Assembly: GCA_038214755.1 (NCBI GenBank)
Contig: JBBQRQ010000060.1
Coordinates: forward strand, 1 to 31,155
Direction: 5' to 3'
Length of the DNA stretch: 31,155 nt
From: Verrucomicrobiota bacterium
GTDB lineage: Bacteria; Verrucomicrobiota; Verrucomicrobiia; Limisphaerales; CANJXF01
Shown: positions 1 through 9,500 of the stretch, in pieces
Position numbering within the stretch: position 1 is the first letter of the stretch
Layout of the letters: the number at the start of each line of letters is the position of its first letter
Made by a program: the position numbers and the translations under genes
The notes under the pieces: model-generated
What the model saw: only the letters and a program-made list of their open reading frames with translations
Database searches by the model: none
Told to the model about the DNA's origin: nothing

Positions 1-2
1 AC

Positions 3-1292
3 GTCGCCATGGATTCGCGAGGGAAGGAAACAAAGGGCACCCTCGAAGTCGCCAATCAAAACGAGGCCATTGGTCGCATAAAGGAGATGGGATATTTCCC
101 GACGAAAGTGGTCGAGGTGGACAAGACCAAGCTCGACAAAAAAGCGCAACCCGTCGCCAAAGGAAAAGGCAAAAAAGGCGGGATGAATTTCCAGATCAAA
201 ATCCCTGGACTTGGTGGCAAGGTTAAATCAAAAGTTCTCACCGTTTTCACCCGCCAATTAGCCACGCTCGTAGAAGCGGGTTTGCCTTTGTTGCGCGGTT
301 TGCGCGTGCTGCAAAAACAGGAAAAAAATGTCACGCTGAAGAATATTCTCGGTGATTTGTCTGACTCCATTGAAGGCGGAAGCACATTTTCTGAAGGCCT
401 CGCGCAGCATCCCAAAGTTTTCAACCGGCTCTTCATTAACATGGTCAAGGCGGGCGAATTGGGCGGTGTGCTCGAAGTCGTTTTGAAGCGCCTTTCCGAG
501 TTCATGGAAAAAGCGCAGAAGATCAAAGGCAAGGTTGTTGCGGCGATGTTCTATCCCATCGCGGTCATGGTGGTGGCGGTAACGATCTTGACAGTACTGA
601 TGGTTTTTGTTGTTCCAAAATTTAAAGACATTTTTGCCGGCGCGTTGGGCAATGGAAAGAAGCTCCCGCAATTTACGGAATTTGTCTTGGGAATCAGCGA
701 TGTCATTGCCCACCATTTTTTGATCACGCTAGGAGCCTTGGTTATTTTCGTCATCGCGTTGAATCTTTTTATTCGCACCAAAGTGGGGAGAAGGCTTTTT
801 GATCGCTTTAAATTACACATGCCGGTCTTGGGCCCAGTCATCACTAAAGTTGCCATTTCACGTTTTACCCGGACGCTCGGCACTCTCGTCAGCAGCGGCG
901 TTCCGATTCTCCAAGCTCTGACCATCGTGAAAGAAACTTCCGGCAACGTGGTGGTGGGCGAAGCCGTCGGCGCGGTTCACGAAAGCGTCAAAGAAGGGGA
1001 AACAATCACGGCGCCCCTGGAAGCTTCGAATGTTTTTCCGCCGATGGTTATCAGCATGGTGGATGTCGGCGAGCAAACCGGTGCACTGCCGGAAATGTTG
1101 ATGAAGATCGCTGACAACTACGACGAAGAAGTGGACAACGCTGTCGCCGCCATGACTTCGCTCCTGGAGCCAATTATGATTGTGTTTCTCGCCGTCATTG
1201 TTGGCAGCATTGTCATCGCTTTGTTCCTTCCGCTGATTTCGTTGATGGACTCCGTCGGCGCGCCCGAAGGTGAAGGCAAAGAAAAAGAATAA
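3..1292 (+). CDS. pilC: Type II secretion/type IV pilus inner-membrane platform protein (GspF/PilC family), 5' end lies upstream of the window
   Basis: Hallmark segments FTRQLATLVEAGLPLLRGL, F..LFINMVKAGE.GG.L, AMFYP, RFTRTLGTLVSSGVPILQAL, VGEQTGALPEML, SLLEPIMI...IVIALFLPL. The frame is open to the window edge (VAMDSRG..., typical of PilC residues ~7-12). Confidence 0.95.
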   Translation, partial: VAMDSRGKETKGTLEVANQNEAIGRIKEMGYFPTKVVEVDKTKLDKKAQPVAKGKGKKGGMNFQIKIPGLGGKVKSKVLTVFTRQLATLVEAGLPLLRGLRVLQKQEKNVTLKNILGDLSDSIEGGSTFSEGLAQHPKVFNRLFINMVKAGELGGVLEVVLKRLSEFMEKAQKIKGKVVAAMFYPIAVMVVAVTILTVLMVFVVPKFKDIFAGALGNGKKLPQFTEFVLGISDVIAHHFLITLGALVIFVIALNLFIRTKVGRRLFDRFKLHMPVLGPVITKVAISRFTRTLGTLVSSGVPILQALTIVKETSGNVVVGEAVGAVHESVKEGETITAPLEASNVFPPMVISMVDVGEQTGALPEMLMKIADNYDEEVDNAVAAMTSLLEPIMIVFLAVIVGSIVIALFLPLISLMDSVGAPEGEGKEKE

Positions 1293-1308
1293 GAAGACAA
1301 AGTCTCCC

Positions 1309-1344
1309 AAGAGCTGCTCCGTCACAAGAGCGGCTCTTTTTTTT
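1309..1344 (+). terminator. Rho-independent terminator after pilC
   Basis: Stem AAGAGCTGCTC / GAGCGGCTCTT (one G-U pair) with 8-nt loop, running into a T tract ending at 1344; 16 nt after the pilC stop. Confidence 0.85.
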
Positions 1345-1362
1345 AATTTCGAAACAAATAAA

Positions 1363-1410
1363 TTGACACCCTTCATGCATCATTGTAAATACAATGTAAT
1401 TACATTGCAT
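1363..1410 (+). promoter_or_regulatory. Promoter/operator of the TA pair: TTGACA plus two overlapping palindromes (likely antitoxin autorepression sites)
   Basis: TTGACA at 1363-1368. Perfect inverted repeat CATTGTA-aa-TACAATG (1381-1396) overlaps the perfect 16-bp palindrome CAATGTAATTACATTG (1392-1407), ~25 nt upstream of the toxin ATG. The exact -10 is ambiguous. Confidence 0.65.
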
Positions 1411-1430
1411 GGCTAAACCATTTACAAAGT

Positions 1431-1718
1431 ATGGATTTTGACTGGAACAATCCGCCGTTCAACTTGGACCAGGCACTCAAGCTATCCGAGATTGAAGAAT
1501 CATTTGAGGATCCATTTGCCGTGCGCTTGATGCCCGATTCTTCGCGGTTTGCGGTGCAAGCCCGCTTTTTCAATCTCGGTGTTTCGGCCAGCGGCACGGG
1601 TGTTTTTACGATCTATCGCACGAATGGAAAACAAGCTCGCGTGATTTTTGCGCGGTCATTTCAGCCCGAAGAACAATTTTTTTATCAACGCAAATTGAAC
1701 CAGGCACTGGCGCAATAA
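1431..1718 (+). CDS. BrnT-like (RelE-fold) toxin, divergent
   Basis: 95 aa; MDFDW start, E..F.DP, R...LG, C-terminal RVIFAR....E...Y resembling BrnT RIISAR..E..Y; directly followed by an RHH antitoxin. Confidence 0.7.
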   Translation: MDFDWNNPPFNLDQALKLSEIEESFEDPFAVRLMPDSSRFAVQARFFNLGVSASGTGVFTIYRTNGKQARVIFARSFQPEEQFFYQRKLNQALAQ

Positions 1719-1719
1719 A

Positions 1720-2022
1720 ATGAATGCAATTTCCAATTGGACAGAAGTTCCGATGTTCGACCGCGAAGAAGCCGAGGCCGCTTTCTGGGCGGAAAATCGA
1801 ATTGAAGTCCGCTTGATGGAATCCTCCGTGGCGGCGGGCAGCGAAATTTCCGATTCGGTCACAATCACTTTGCGCATTGATCCGCGGATGCTCGCGCGAA
1901 TCAAGCGGCTGGCCCGCTCCCGTTATCTAAATTATCAAAGCATGATCAAGCAATGGCTCAGCGAAAGAATGGAGCAGGAGCTTGATCAACGCGCCAGCAG
2001 CAACACGCGCGCGCAAAGTTAA
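1720..2022 (+). CDS. BrnA/CopG-like ribbon-helix-helix antitoxin
   Basis: P.F..EEAEAAFW N-terminus and ITLRIDP.ML..IK.LA....LNYQSMIK.WL.E C-terminus typical of the CopG_antitoxin/BrnA family; 1 nt after the toxin stop. Confidence 0.8.
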   Translation: MNAISNWTEVPMFDREEAEAAFWAENRIEVRLMESSVAAGSEISDSVTITLRIDPRMLARIKRLARSRYLNYQSMIKQWLSERMEQELDQRASSNTRAQS

Positions 2023-2026
2023 TTTT

Positions 2027-2701
2027 ATGGAAAAAATAAAAATCAGTTTGGGAAAAACGCAGCGGCAAAAGAACGCGTTTACGTTGATTGAATTGCTCGT
2101 CGTCATCGCGATCATCGGCATTCTCGCCGCGCTCATCACCAACTTGGCCGGACCTGCCGCCACGAAACGAAAGATCGCGCGCGTCCAGGCAGAACTCGCG
2201 CAAATTGAAACCGCGATTGAGGCTTACCAGGCAAAAAAGAATTTTTATCCGCCGGACAATGGCAAAATGAAAACGGACGGCCCCGCTCGACTTTCCTCAG
2301 CGACGAACCAACTTTTTTACGAGCTGACCGGAACGATTTATCAGACTAATCAATTTCAAACCATCAACGGTTCGGAGACAATTTCAGTGACGGTCATTCA
2401 AAACATTTTCAACGTCGATGGTTTCGCAAATTCTTCGGTGCAATCCAGTGAAGTGAAAAACTTTTTCGCGGGTTTGAAGTCCACGCAATATCGCGAACTC
2501 AGCACGACGCCCGACGTGCAATTGTTGATCGTCCCGGTCGATGGGCCAAATGATCTGAACAATTCCAGTAGCGGAAAGAAACTCAATCCGTGGCACTATG
2601 ATTCCTCCTCCACCAATCGCCACAATCCTGAGTCTTACGATTTGTGGGCGGAAATTCTCATCGGCGGAAAAACAAACATCATCGGCAATTGGAAGGAATA
2701 A
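2027..2701 (+). CDS. Type II secretion/type IV pilus (pseudo)pilin, GspG-like
   Basis: Class III signal KNA|FTLIELLVVIAIIGILAAL; IETAIEAY...YP; C-terminal NPWHY...SYDLW. ATG at 2027 is 4 nt after the antitoxin stop. Confidence 0.85.
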   Translation: MEKIKISLGKTQRQKNAFTLIELLVVIAIIGILAALITNLAGPAATKRKIARVQAELAQIETAIEAYQAKKNFYPPDNGKMKTDGPARLSSATNQLFYELTGTIYQTNQFQTINGSETISVTVIQNIFNVDGFANSSVQSSEVKNFFAGLKSTQYRELSTTPDVQLLIVPVDGPNDLNNSSSGKKLNPWHYDSSSTNRHNPESYDLWAEILIGGKTNIIGNWKE

Positions 2702-2703
2702 TT

Positions 2704-3933
2704 ATGATCGCCAGACAAATAAAAAAAGAGACGCGCAGCGCCGATTTCCCAATCGGCTTGACGCCGAATACTCGACTGCGACGAGCCGAACCGGAGTTCG
2801 GCGTTCCGTTCAAGTTGCCCGTGCAATGGACAGAGCGTTCATGGGAGCCATCGGTCTGTTCCACATTGATAATTGAGCCGGAACTATTCAGTAAAGATAA
2901 ACGCTCGACCTCACCCCGTCCCTCTCCTCCGAGGAGAGGGAGAACGTTTTTCCGCGCGGGAAAAGATGCACCGCTCAATGACTTATCGAGATCGACGATT
3001 TCAGGTTCCCTCTCTTCGGGGGAGAGGGCTAGGGTGAGGGCGAGCAACCTTGTCCACTGTTTCGTTACGGCTGAGATGGCTCGCTCCTCAAAAAACTTTT
3101 TTCGAGCCACATGGTTTGCTCGTGGACGAAAGGCGAGCCGCTCGAAAAATCGCCTCACTTGCCCTCGTGGTTTTACCTTGATCGAAATGTTGGTGGTGAT
3201 CGCGATCATCGGGATTTTGGCCGGTCTTCTTTTGCCCGCGTTAGCCAAAGCAAAACAAAAAGCCCGTGTCACTCAGGCGCGAATGGAAATAGGAAATCTC
3301 GTCTCAGCGATCACGCAATATCACGCCACTTATGGCCGCTATCCCGCGAACAAAGAAGCGACTGATTCGCTCCCTGGGGATACTTCAGATTGTCCCGATT
3401 TTACCTTTGGAGTAGAAACTGGAAAAGCCGGATGGAGCGGGCCGAACATTGGAGCCAGTTTGAATTTTAAAAGCTATCAAACCAACAATTCCCAGTTGAT
3501 GGCAATTCTTCTTAACTTAGAAACTTTCCCGGATACTGGAGCGGACACTTGCAATAAAAACTTCGCACGCAACCCGCAGAAAATTGTTTTTTATCATGCC
3601 AAGCGAGTTAGTGGAACCGGCCCTGGCGGAGTAGGCGACGATTTGGTTTTTCGTGATCCGTGGGGAAGTCCCTACATCGTCACGATTGATTTTAATTACG
3701 ATGATAAATGCCGTGATGGTTTTTATCGCAACGACAATATGTCGCGCGGAAATGACTCAACAAAACCCGATCTCGGTCTCAATGGTTTATATCGTTCAGC
3801 GCCCGGAGACCATTTTGAAGCAAATGTTCCGGTGATGATGTGGTCGTTAGGGCCCGATGGAGCGGTGGATTACACCGTAAAAGCTGATAAGGGGCTAAAT
3901 AAAGACAACGTCCTAGGCTGGTTCTCAAAATGA
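2704..3933 (+). CDS. (Pseudo)pilin, GspG-like, with repeat-expanded leader (alternative in-frame start at 3076)
   Basis: PRG|FTLIEMLVVIAIIGILAGLLLPAL at 3172; DPWGSPY and WSLGPDG GspG-like motifs. ATG 2704 is 2 nt after the previous stop. Confidence 0.85.
   Translation: MIARQIKKETRSADFPIGLTPNTRLRRAEPEFGVPFKLPVQWTERSWEPSVCSTLIIEPELFSKDKRSTSPRPSPPRRGRTFFRAGKDAPLNDLSRSTISGSLSSGERARVRASNLVHCFVTAEMARSSKNFFRATWFARGRKASRSKNRLTCPRGFTLIEMLVVIAIIGILAGLLLPALAKAKQKARVTQARMEIGNLVSAITQYHATYGRYPANKEATDSLPGDTSDCPDFTFGVETGKAGWSGPNIGASLNFKSYQTNNSQLMAILLNLETFPDTGADTCNKNFARNPQKIVFYHAKRVSGTGPGGVGDDLVFRDPWGSPYIVTIDFNYDDKCRDGFYRNDNMSRGNDSTKPDLGLNGLYRSAPGDHFEANVPVMMWSLGPDGAVDYTVKADKGLNKDNVLGWFSK
2734..2808. repeat. 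REP-like inverted hairpin doublet (GGAG/GGAA-type foot), in frame in the prepilin leader
   Basis: CGCAGCGCCGATTTCCCAATCGGCT (2734-2758) vs reverse complement of 2784-2808, CGGAACGCCGAACTCCGGTTCGGCT. Each arm is itself a hairpin; resembles 30760-30783. Confidence 0.6.
2886..3059 (-). mobile_element. 174-bp MITE-like palindromic element (CCCTCACCC..CCCTCTCC family), copy 1
   Basis: Reverse complement aligns along its whole length with 10729-10902 (also 174 bp): conserved ends, diverged interior. Confidence 0.8.
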
Positions 3934-4769
3934 ACTCCAGCATTTCCAAAACAGAGTTGAAAAGATCTCCCGGAAATTGCCGGCAACGTTTCATTGCCTT
4001 CACGTTGATCGAATTGCTTCTCGTCATCACCATTATCGGAATTCTGGCTGCGCTCGGTCTGCCGCATTTGAAAGGTTGGGGCGAAGGCAACACCATGACC
4101 TCGGCCAGTCGTCAGATGATGGATGACCTGGCGCTCGCTCGGCAAAGAGCGATCAGCAGCCGCTCGACCGTTTATATTATTTTTGTTTCGGCAGAGATAG
4201 CGAACCCGACATTTTTCAATAACCTCAGCGCAGCGGATAAAAAGCAGGCGTCAAATTTATTGAGCGGCCAATACACGACCTACGCTCTTTTCACTCAGCG
4301 CGCGGTGGGGGAACAGCCCGGACATCTCAATCCCAAATATTTGACCGCCTGGAAATCGCTGCCGGATAAAACTTTTATCGCCACCAATAAATTTATCCAT
4401 CTCATTCCACAATCTTTGCGCTTCTCCAGTTCTTACTCGGATACCAATCGCCCCTTCGCCTACGAATCGCTTCCGTTTCCCACCGCCACGAGTCCAAATG
4501 TTTTGGTTCCGTGTGTGGCATTTAATTCTCAAGGCCAACTTATTTCAGAGGAGGAAAAAGATTCTCAAGGCGCGCACGTGGCCTATCGAGATGGGTGCAT
4601 CCCGCTGACCAAAGGCAGTATTTTCTACGCTAGAGATTCGAACGGCGCTCCCACCGTCCGCCCGGCGGACGTCGTGGAAACGCCCAGCCAAAACTCCATC
4701 ACCAACTACAACAACATTCGCATTGACTGGCTGACGGGTCGCGCGCGGCTGGAGCGAAAGGAGTTTTGA
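3930..4769 (+). CDS. Minor (pseudo)pilin, GspH/FimT-like
   Basis: FIA|FTLIELLLVITIIGILAAL; DLALARQRAIS; F.SQG; C-terminal I.IDWLTGRAR typical of FimT/GspH. ATGA overlap with the upstream gene. Confidence 0.8.
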   Translation: MNSSISKTELKRSPGNCRQRFIAFTLIELLLVITIIGILAALGLPHLKGWGEGNTMTSASRQMMDDLALARQRAISSRSTVYIIFVSAEIANPTFFNNLSAADKKQASNLLSGQYTTYALFTQRAVGEQPGHLNPKYLTAWKSLPDKTFIATNKFIHLIPQSLRFSSSYSDTNRPFAYESLPFPTATSPNVLVPCVAFNSQGQLISEEEKDSQGAHVAYRDGCIPLTKGSIFYARDSNGAPTVRPADVVETPSQNSITNYNNIRIDWLTGRARLERKEF

Positions 4770-5686
4770 TGAAAATCTTTCGCAACAAATTTTCGAGAAG
4801 CAGTTTCATAAGTTGTAGCCGCCGACGTGAGGAGGCGGATTCCTGGTCTTTTCGCCGAACTCCGCCTCCTCACGTCGGCGGCTACGGGTTTCGGCATACT
4901 TCGGAAAGCAGTTATAACCAACATCAGGCTTTCACGATGATCGAAATCGCCATCGCGCTCGCCGTCATCGCGTTTGCGCTGGTCGCCATCATTGGTGTGT
5001 TGCCGGTCGGTCTGACGGTGCAGAAAGACAATCGCGAGGAAACGATCATGAACCAGGACGGGCCTTACTGGCTGGAAGCGATTCGCAATGGAGCACAAGG
5101 TTTCGATAATTTAACCAATTACGTCGAGCGAATCGGCGTGGTGCTAATCGACTTGAATCTGAATCCGAATACCATCTCCACGAATTTCTCGGATTATGAT
5201 CCTCCCGCCAACAAACATGGAAGCAACGTCGTGGGTCTGCTCAGCCTTCCCAAAAACAGTTTCTATTTTGATGGATCAAAGACTCAACTGGTGGTGCGGG
5301 TGGAAGCGCAGACGCGCGCTTTGACCGGCGCGGCGACGGAGCAGGGACTGGCCAATAAAGATTTCTCGTTTAGCTATCTGCTGGTTTCGGAAATTATTCC
5401 GTTCGACAACATTGCGCTCGACTCAACTAATTACCTTGCCTACCTAAACCGAACCCCTCCCGTTGATCCTTCTGAATGGATCACCCGTTCCAATCGATGG
5501 GCGCAAGTTCCCTTTTTGGAAGCGCACACTCGTGAAGTGCGGTTGAATTTTCGCTGGCCATTTATCAGTCCCGGCAAGACGGGATCCAATCGCCAACTTT
5601 TTCGCGCGCTGGTTGCGGGCCGGCTGCTGCCGTCGCCGGGCGACCCGCATCTTTACTTTTTTCAACCGCAAACTTACGCGAAATGA
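4769..5686 (+). CDS. Minor (pseudo)pilin, PilV/GspI-like, with a REP doublet in its leader
   Basis: HQA|FTMIEIAIALAVIAFALVAIIGVLPVGL at 4931; ATG at 4769 overlaps the upstream TGA (TGATG). Confidence 0.8.
   Translation: MKIFRNKFSRSSFISCSRRREEADSWSFRRTPPPHVGGYGFRHTSESSYNQHQAFTMIEIAIALAVIAFALVAIIGVLPVGLTVQKDNREETIMNQDGPYWLEAIRNGAQGFDNLTNYVERIGVVLIDLNLNPNTISTNFSDYDPPANKHGSNVVGLLSLPKNSFYFDGSKTQLVVRVEAQTRALTGAATEQGLANKDFSFSYLLVSEIIPFDNIALDSTNYLAYLNRTPPVDPSEWITRSNRWAQVPFLEAHTREVRLNFRWPFISPGKTGSNRQLFRALVAGRLLPSPGDPHLYFFQPQTYAK
4815..4885. repeat. GTAG-foot REP doublet (REPIN-like), perfect 25-bp inverted repeat, in frame
   Basis: GTAGCCGCCGACGTGAGGAGGCGGA (4815-4839), 21-nt spacer, TCCGCCTCCTCACGTCGGCGGCTAC (4861-4885). 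The same REP is at 10687/11188. Confidence 0.9.
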
Positions 5687-6528
5687 AAATCAATTTTCAA
5701 AAAAAGCTTCGCGCGCGCCACGGCTTGACTCTCGTCGAGATGATGGTCGCGACGTCCATCCTCGTCGTGATGATGCTGGGGTTGACCGCGATGTTTAATC
5801 AGACGCAACGCGCCTTTCGCAGCGGATTGAAACAGGTCGATGTTTTCGAAAGTGGCCGAGCCGTCGCCGATTTGCTCGCGCGCGATTTTAATTCTCTGGC
5901 CGATTCCGAGGTGCCGGGTGTGGTCAATCTCTACCACGGCTACGATCCGGTGAATGATTTGATTCAACCCAATGGTTCTATCATCCGAACCAATCAATTG
6001 GAATTTCTCTTTCTGTTGTCGCACGCGAATAACCAATGGGATGGGATTGGTTATACCTTCATCACGAATAGCGGGGTTCCAGGAGTCGCCACGTTGTACC
6101 GTTTCACCGTTTCGACAAATGCAGAGCGAGTCTCGAACAATCTTTATAAACTTTACGGGAAAGCGGTTGCGGACGTACTCCTTGGAACTGCGCCCACCAA
6201 TTTCAATCGTGTGGCCGAAGGGATAATCCATTTCAAAGTGCGAACTCTCAATGCGCAAGGTATCGAGCTCGCGCCGTTGCCAACGGATTACTACGGGCTC
6301 CCCCTTAACACTTTCCTACAGTTTAAAGCCGGCATGACTTTTACAAACGGCACCATGATTTCCACCAACGGCATTCCCAACACGGTGGAAGTTGAAATAG
6401 GGATTCTTGAACCGCAAACATGGGAGCAAGCCAAGAGTGTCGGGAACCCACAAGCCTTTCTCCAAAAGCAGGCGGGAAAAGTTCACATCTTCCGGCAACA
6501 AATTCCCATTCGCAACGCATCGAGATGA
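5683..6528 (+). CDS. Minor (pseudo)pilin, PilW/GspJ-like
   Basis: RHG|LTLVEMMVATSILVVMMLGL; GRAVADLLARD; C-terminal P..VEVEI; ATGA overlaps at both ends. Confidence 0.8.
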   Translation: MKINFQKKLRARHGLTLVEMMVATSILVVMMLGLTAMFNQTQRAFRSGLKQVDVFESGRAVADLLARDFNSLADSEVPGVVNLYHGYDPVNDLIQPNGSIIRTNQLEFLFLLSHANNQWDGIGYTFITNSGVPGVATLYRFTVSTNAERVSNNLYKLYGKAVADVLLGTAPTNFNRVAEGIIHFKVRTLNAQGIELAPLPTDYYGLPLNTFLQFKAGMTFTNGTMISTNGIPNTVEVEIGILEPQTWEQAKSVGNPQAFLQKQAGKVHIFRQQIPIRNASR

Positions 6529-9500
6529 AACCTCAGGCACAACGCAACGTAGCGCAGGTTTTCAACCTGCCGTATCGCGGGTTTGCAACCCGCTGGATGT
6601 CGCGACGCCTTGCCGGTTGCAAACCGGCGATACAGCAGCTTGCCAAGCTGCGCTACGCCTGCCTCAGAACCGTAGCGCAGGTTTCTCAACCTGCTGTATC
6701 GCCGGTTTCTAACCGGCAGGGCGTGAAACATTCCAGCGTTGGCAGAATGGAAATCCGCGATATGAATGGAAAGGAGCGCGGACAGCCGTGTCCGCGTGAA
6801 GGCGGGGGAGTGATAACCCAGGAGATTATATCCGTTTCAAAACTCGCGGACAAGGCTGTCCGCGCTCCACTTGGTTTGGGCAACACGCCCTCAAGATGCG
6901 CTCAACGCGGCGTGGCGCTGGTCATCACCTTGATCATGCTTTCCGTCATTACTTTTTTGACGATTGCATTTCTCGCCATCAGCCGGCGCGACCGCGCGTC
7001 GGTCACCACTTCGATCAATCAAACCGATGCGCGTCTGATGGCGGACGCGGCGCTGGCGCGATTTCAGACCGAATTGGTTTCCGGGATGATGGCTCGCAAT
7101 GATCTGATGAGCTACGATTTGATGCTGACGCGGAATTATATCAACCCGGCTGGATTTAATTTCAACATCACCACCAATGATACGAACAATGTGAACTACG
7201 ATTTCCGCACCGATAATAGTCCGCTGACCGTGCCCGACCAGATTCGCAACATCGCCAATTTATTTTTCGACCCGCGCCCGCCCGTGTTTGTCAGAACGAA
7301 TACTGGCCTCCCAGCCCTTTTCGATTTTCGTTTTTACCTCGACTACAACCGCAACGGCCGCTTTGAGACAAACGGACTTGTCGCGCTCCAAAATGATCTG
7401 GGTCAACCCGTGCGGGATGGAAGTGGCGCCATCATTTCCAACCTGTTTTTCGGCGAACCAGAATGGATTGGCGTCCTGCAACACCCCGAGTTGCCGCATG
7501 GGCCGGACAACAAATTCATTGGCCGTTATCTCTATCTCGCCCTACCGATCGGTAAGACACTCGACCTGAATTATTTTCACAACTACGCCAAGGGAAATAT
7601 CAACCTGCCGGCCGGCATGAATATGGGGGACGGTTTTTTGCGCAATCAGGGATTTGGCTCGTGGGAATTAAATCTCGGCGCGTTTCTGGTGGACTTGAAT
7701 ACCAACATGTATCCTCAGAATCCGGGTGTTCTTTACAGATATTATCCCGATGTTTCCGCCCCAACTGCCAACACCGGGACTGCGTTCGATGACGCCGTTT
7801 CTTTTCTTGGTTATCGTTATGGACGCAACTTCAACAATCTTTCCAGCGTCGGAAATTTATTTGGCGGAGTGGGACAATTCGCGTTTCAAACCGATTTCAT
7901 CGATGGCTATTCCACTCGGCCTGTTCTTACCACGCCATTCGTCAACGTGCTTGATCCGGATTTTAAGCCAAACGATTTAACCGGATTGCCGTGGTCCGGG
8001 AGCGACAATAAAAACTTTTTTTCCAATCCGCAGGAATTGTTCGATAACACGAACAGTCCGGCAAACTTTGTCAATCAACTGCAATTGGTTTCCGCCAAAA
8101 CTAATTCGCATGATCGCTATACTTTTTCGCGATTGCTCGAACAACTCGGCATGAGTTCCGCGCCGGAAGTGAAGGGCAAAATCAATATCAACTACACCAA
8201 CGACCCCGCGCTCAACACCGTCAGCACCACGTTCGTGCCGTGGACGCCCATTCAGTTTTTTACGAATGTGGCGGACCGATTGTTCAAAGATAATTTGGTG
8301 ACGCTTGTCGTTTCACCGGGCGTGACGAATTTTTACATGTTCAACACGAACGCGGGGAATCTGGTGCGGGCTGGTTTCAGCTACACGAACATCCAGATTT
8401 ATCCCACGAATGAATACACCGCGCCGGTGCATCGCTTATTGCAACTCGCCGCCAATATTTACGACGCGACGACAACGAATCGTTTCCCGACAATTTTTCG
8501 TCCGCAGTTTCTAGGTTTTCCTGGTCGAACTTTTATCACGAACTACGTCGTAGAAACTAATTCAGCCTTCATAGGTGTCTTAACCAACTCACCGATTCAG
8601 GAGCGTACCAATGTGACGGTTCCGAATGGATTCGTCTGGGGTGTCCCGCTCGTCGTGAGCGCGAAGAAGGGGTTTCCTAATTTCAATAAGTTTGTTTTGC
8701 AGACGTCCGCGCAAGTTTCTCGCAACTTACAATTATTAAGAAAGGACACTAATTCTCTTCCTACCACGACGAATCAAATGTTGGTCGTTGGCATATCGAA
8801 TCTTTTTGGGCTGGAAGCATGGAATTCCTATACGAATATTTATCCCGGCAACCTGAGAATTATCGTTACCAATAGTTTCACCATTGCCCTCACAAACGAA
8901 CTTAGAAACATTATCTGGCCGTCGAACGGACGGCCTACCAACTACGGTGTTGCAGCTAACATTACGACAAATATGTGGGCGCCTGCGCCGTACATGAATT
9001 CCTTTCTGCTTCCGCTTGGAACAAGATATTTTAATTTTTTAACCAATTCCCAATATTCCGCTGTCACCAAAACGTTTCGGCCCGGAATAACCAACTTCGA
9101 AAGTAAAGTCGATTATCCCGATTATATTTGGGGGATTACGATGACCAACAAACTTATTTGTATGATCATTGATATTACCGACCCTGGAAATCAGCGCGTC
9201 GTGGATTTTGTAAATCTTGACGAGATGACGACCGGCATTGAATTGACCAAGGAGTTGCTTGGTCAGGATTACGCCTCTCCGCCAACCTTGGGCGCTAGCC
9301 TTTCTCCCGTCGAAAGAGTTTGGAAAACAAATCGAATAGACGGCAGTACGAGCGTTTCGGTTCCTACGGAAGGGATGCGACAACAGATTCTTTTTTCGAT
9401 GGATGCGCCGAAACTTCCCGATGCTGATTGGACGAGTTATAGTCCATCCACGCCGGTAGGTCCGCAGAGAGAGCGGGCGGTTGATAACTTTCGAAAATTC

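Noticed and set aside
4792..4917. Imperfect direct repeat (TTCGAGAAGCAGTTTCATAA / TTCGGAAAGCAGTTATAA) flanking the REP as a target-site duplication
   Set aside because: Not flush with the element ends, has indels, and has no equivalent at the other copy; cannot be supported without an empty-site allele.
6420..6524. ORF-track starts at 6420 (likewise 1982, 2644, 27649)
   Set aside because: They overlap upstream genes or precede a clear signal peptide; coupled or signal-peptide starts at 6525, 2027, 2704 and 27724 fit better.
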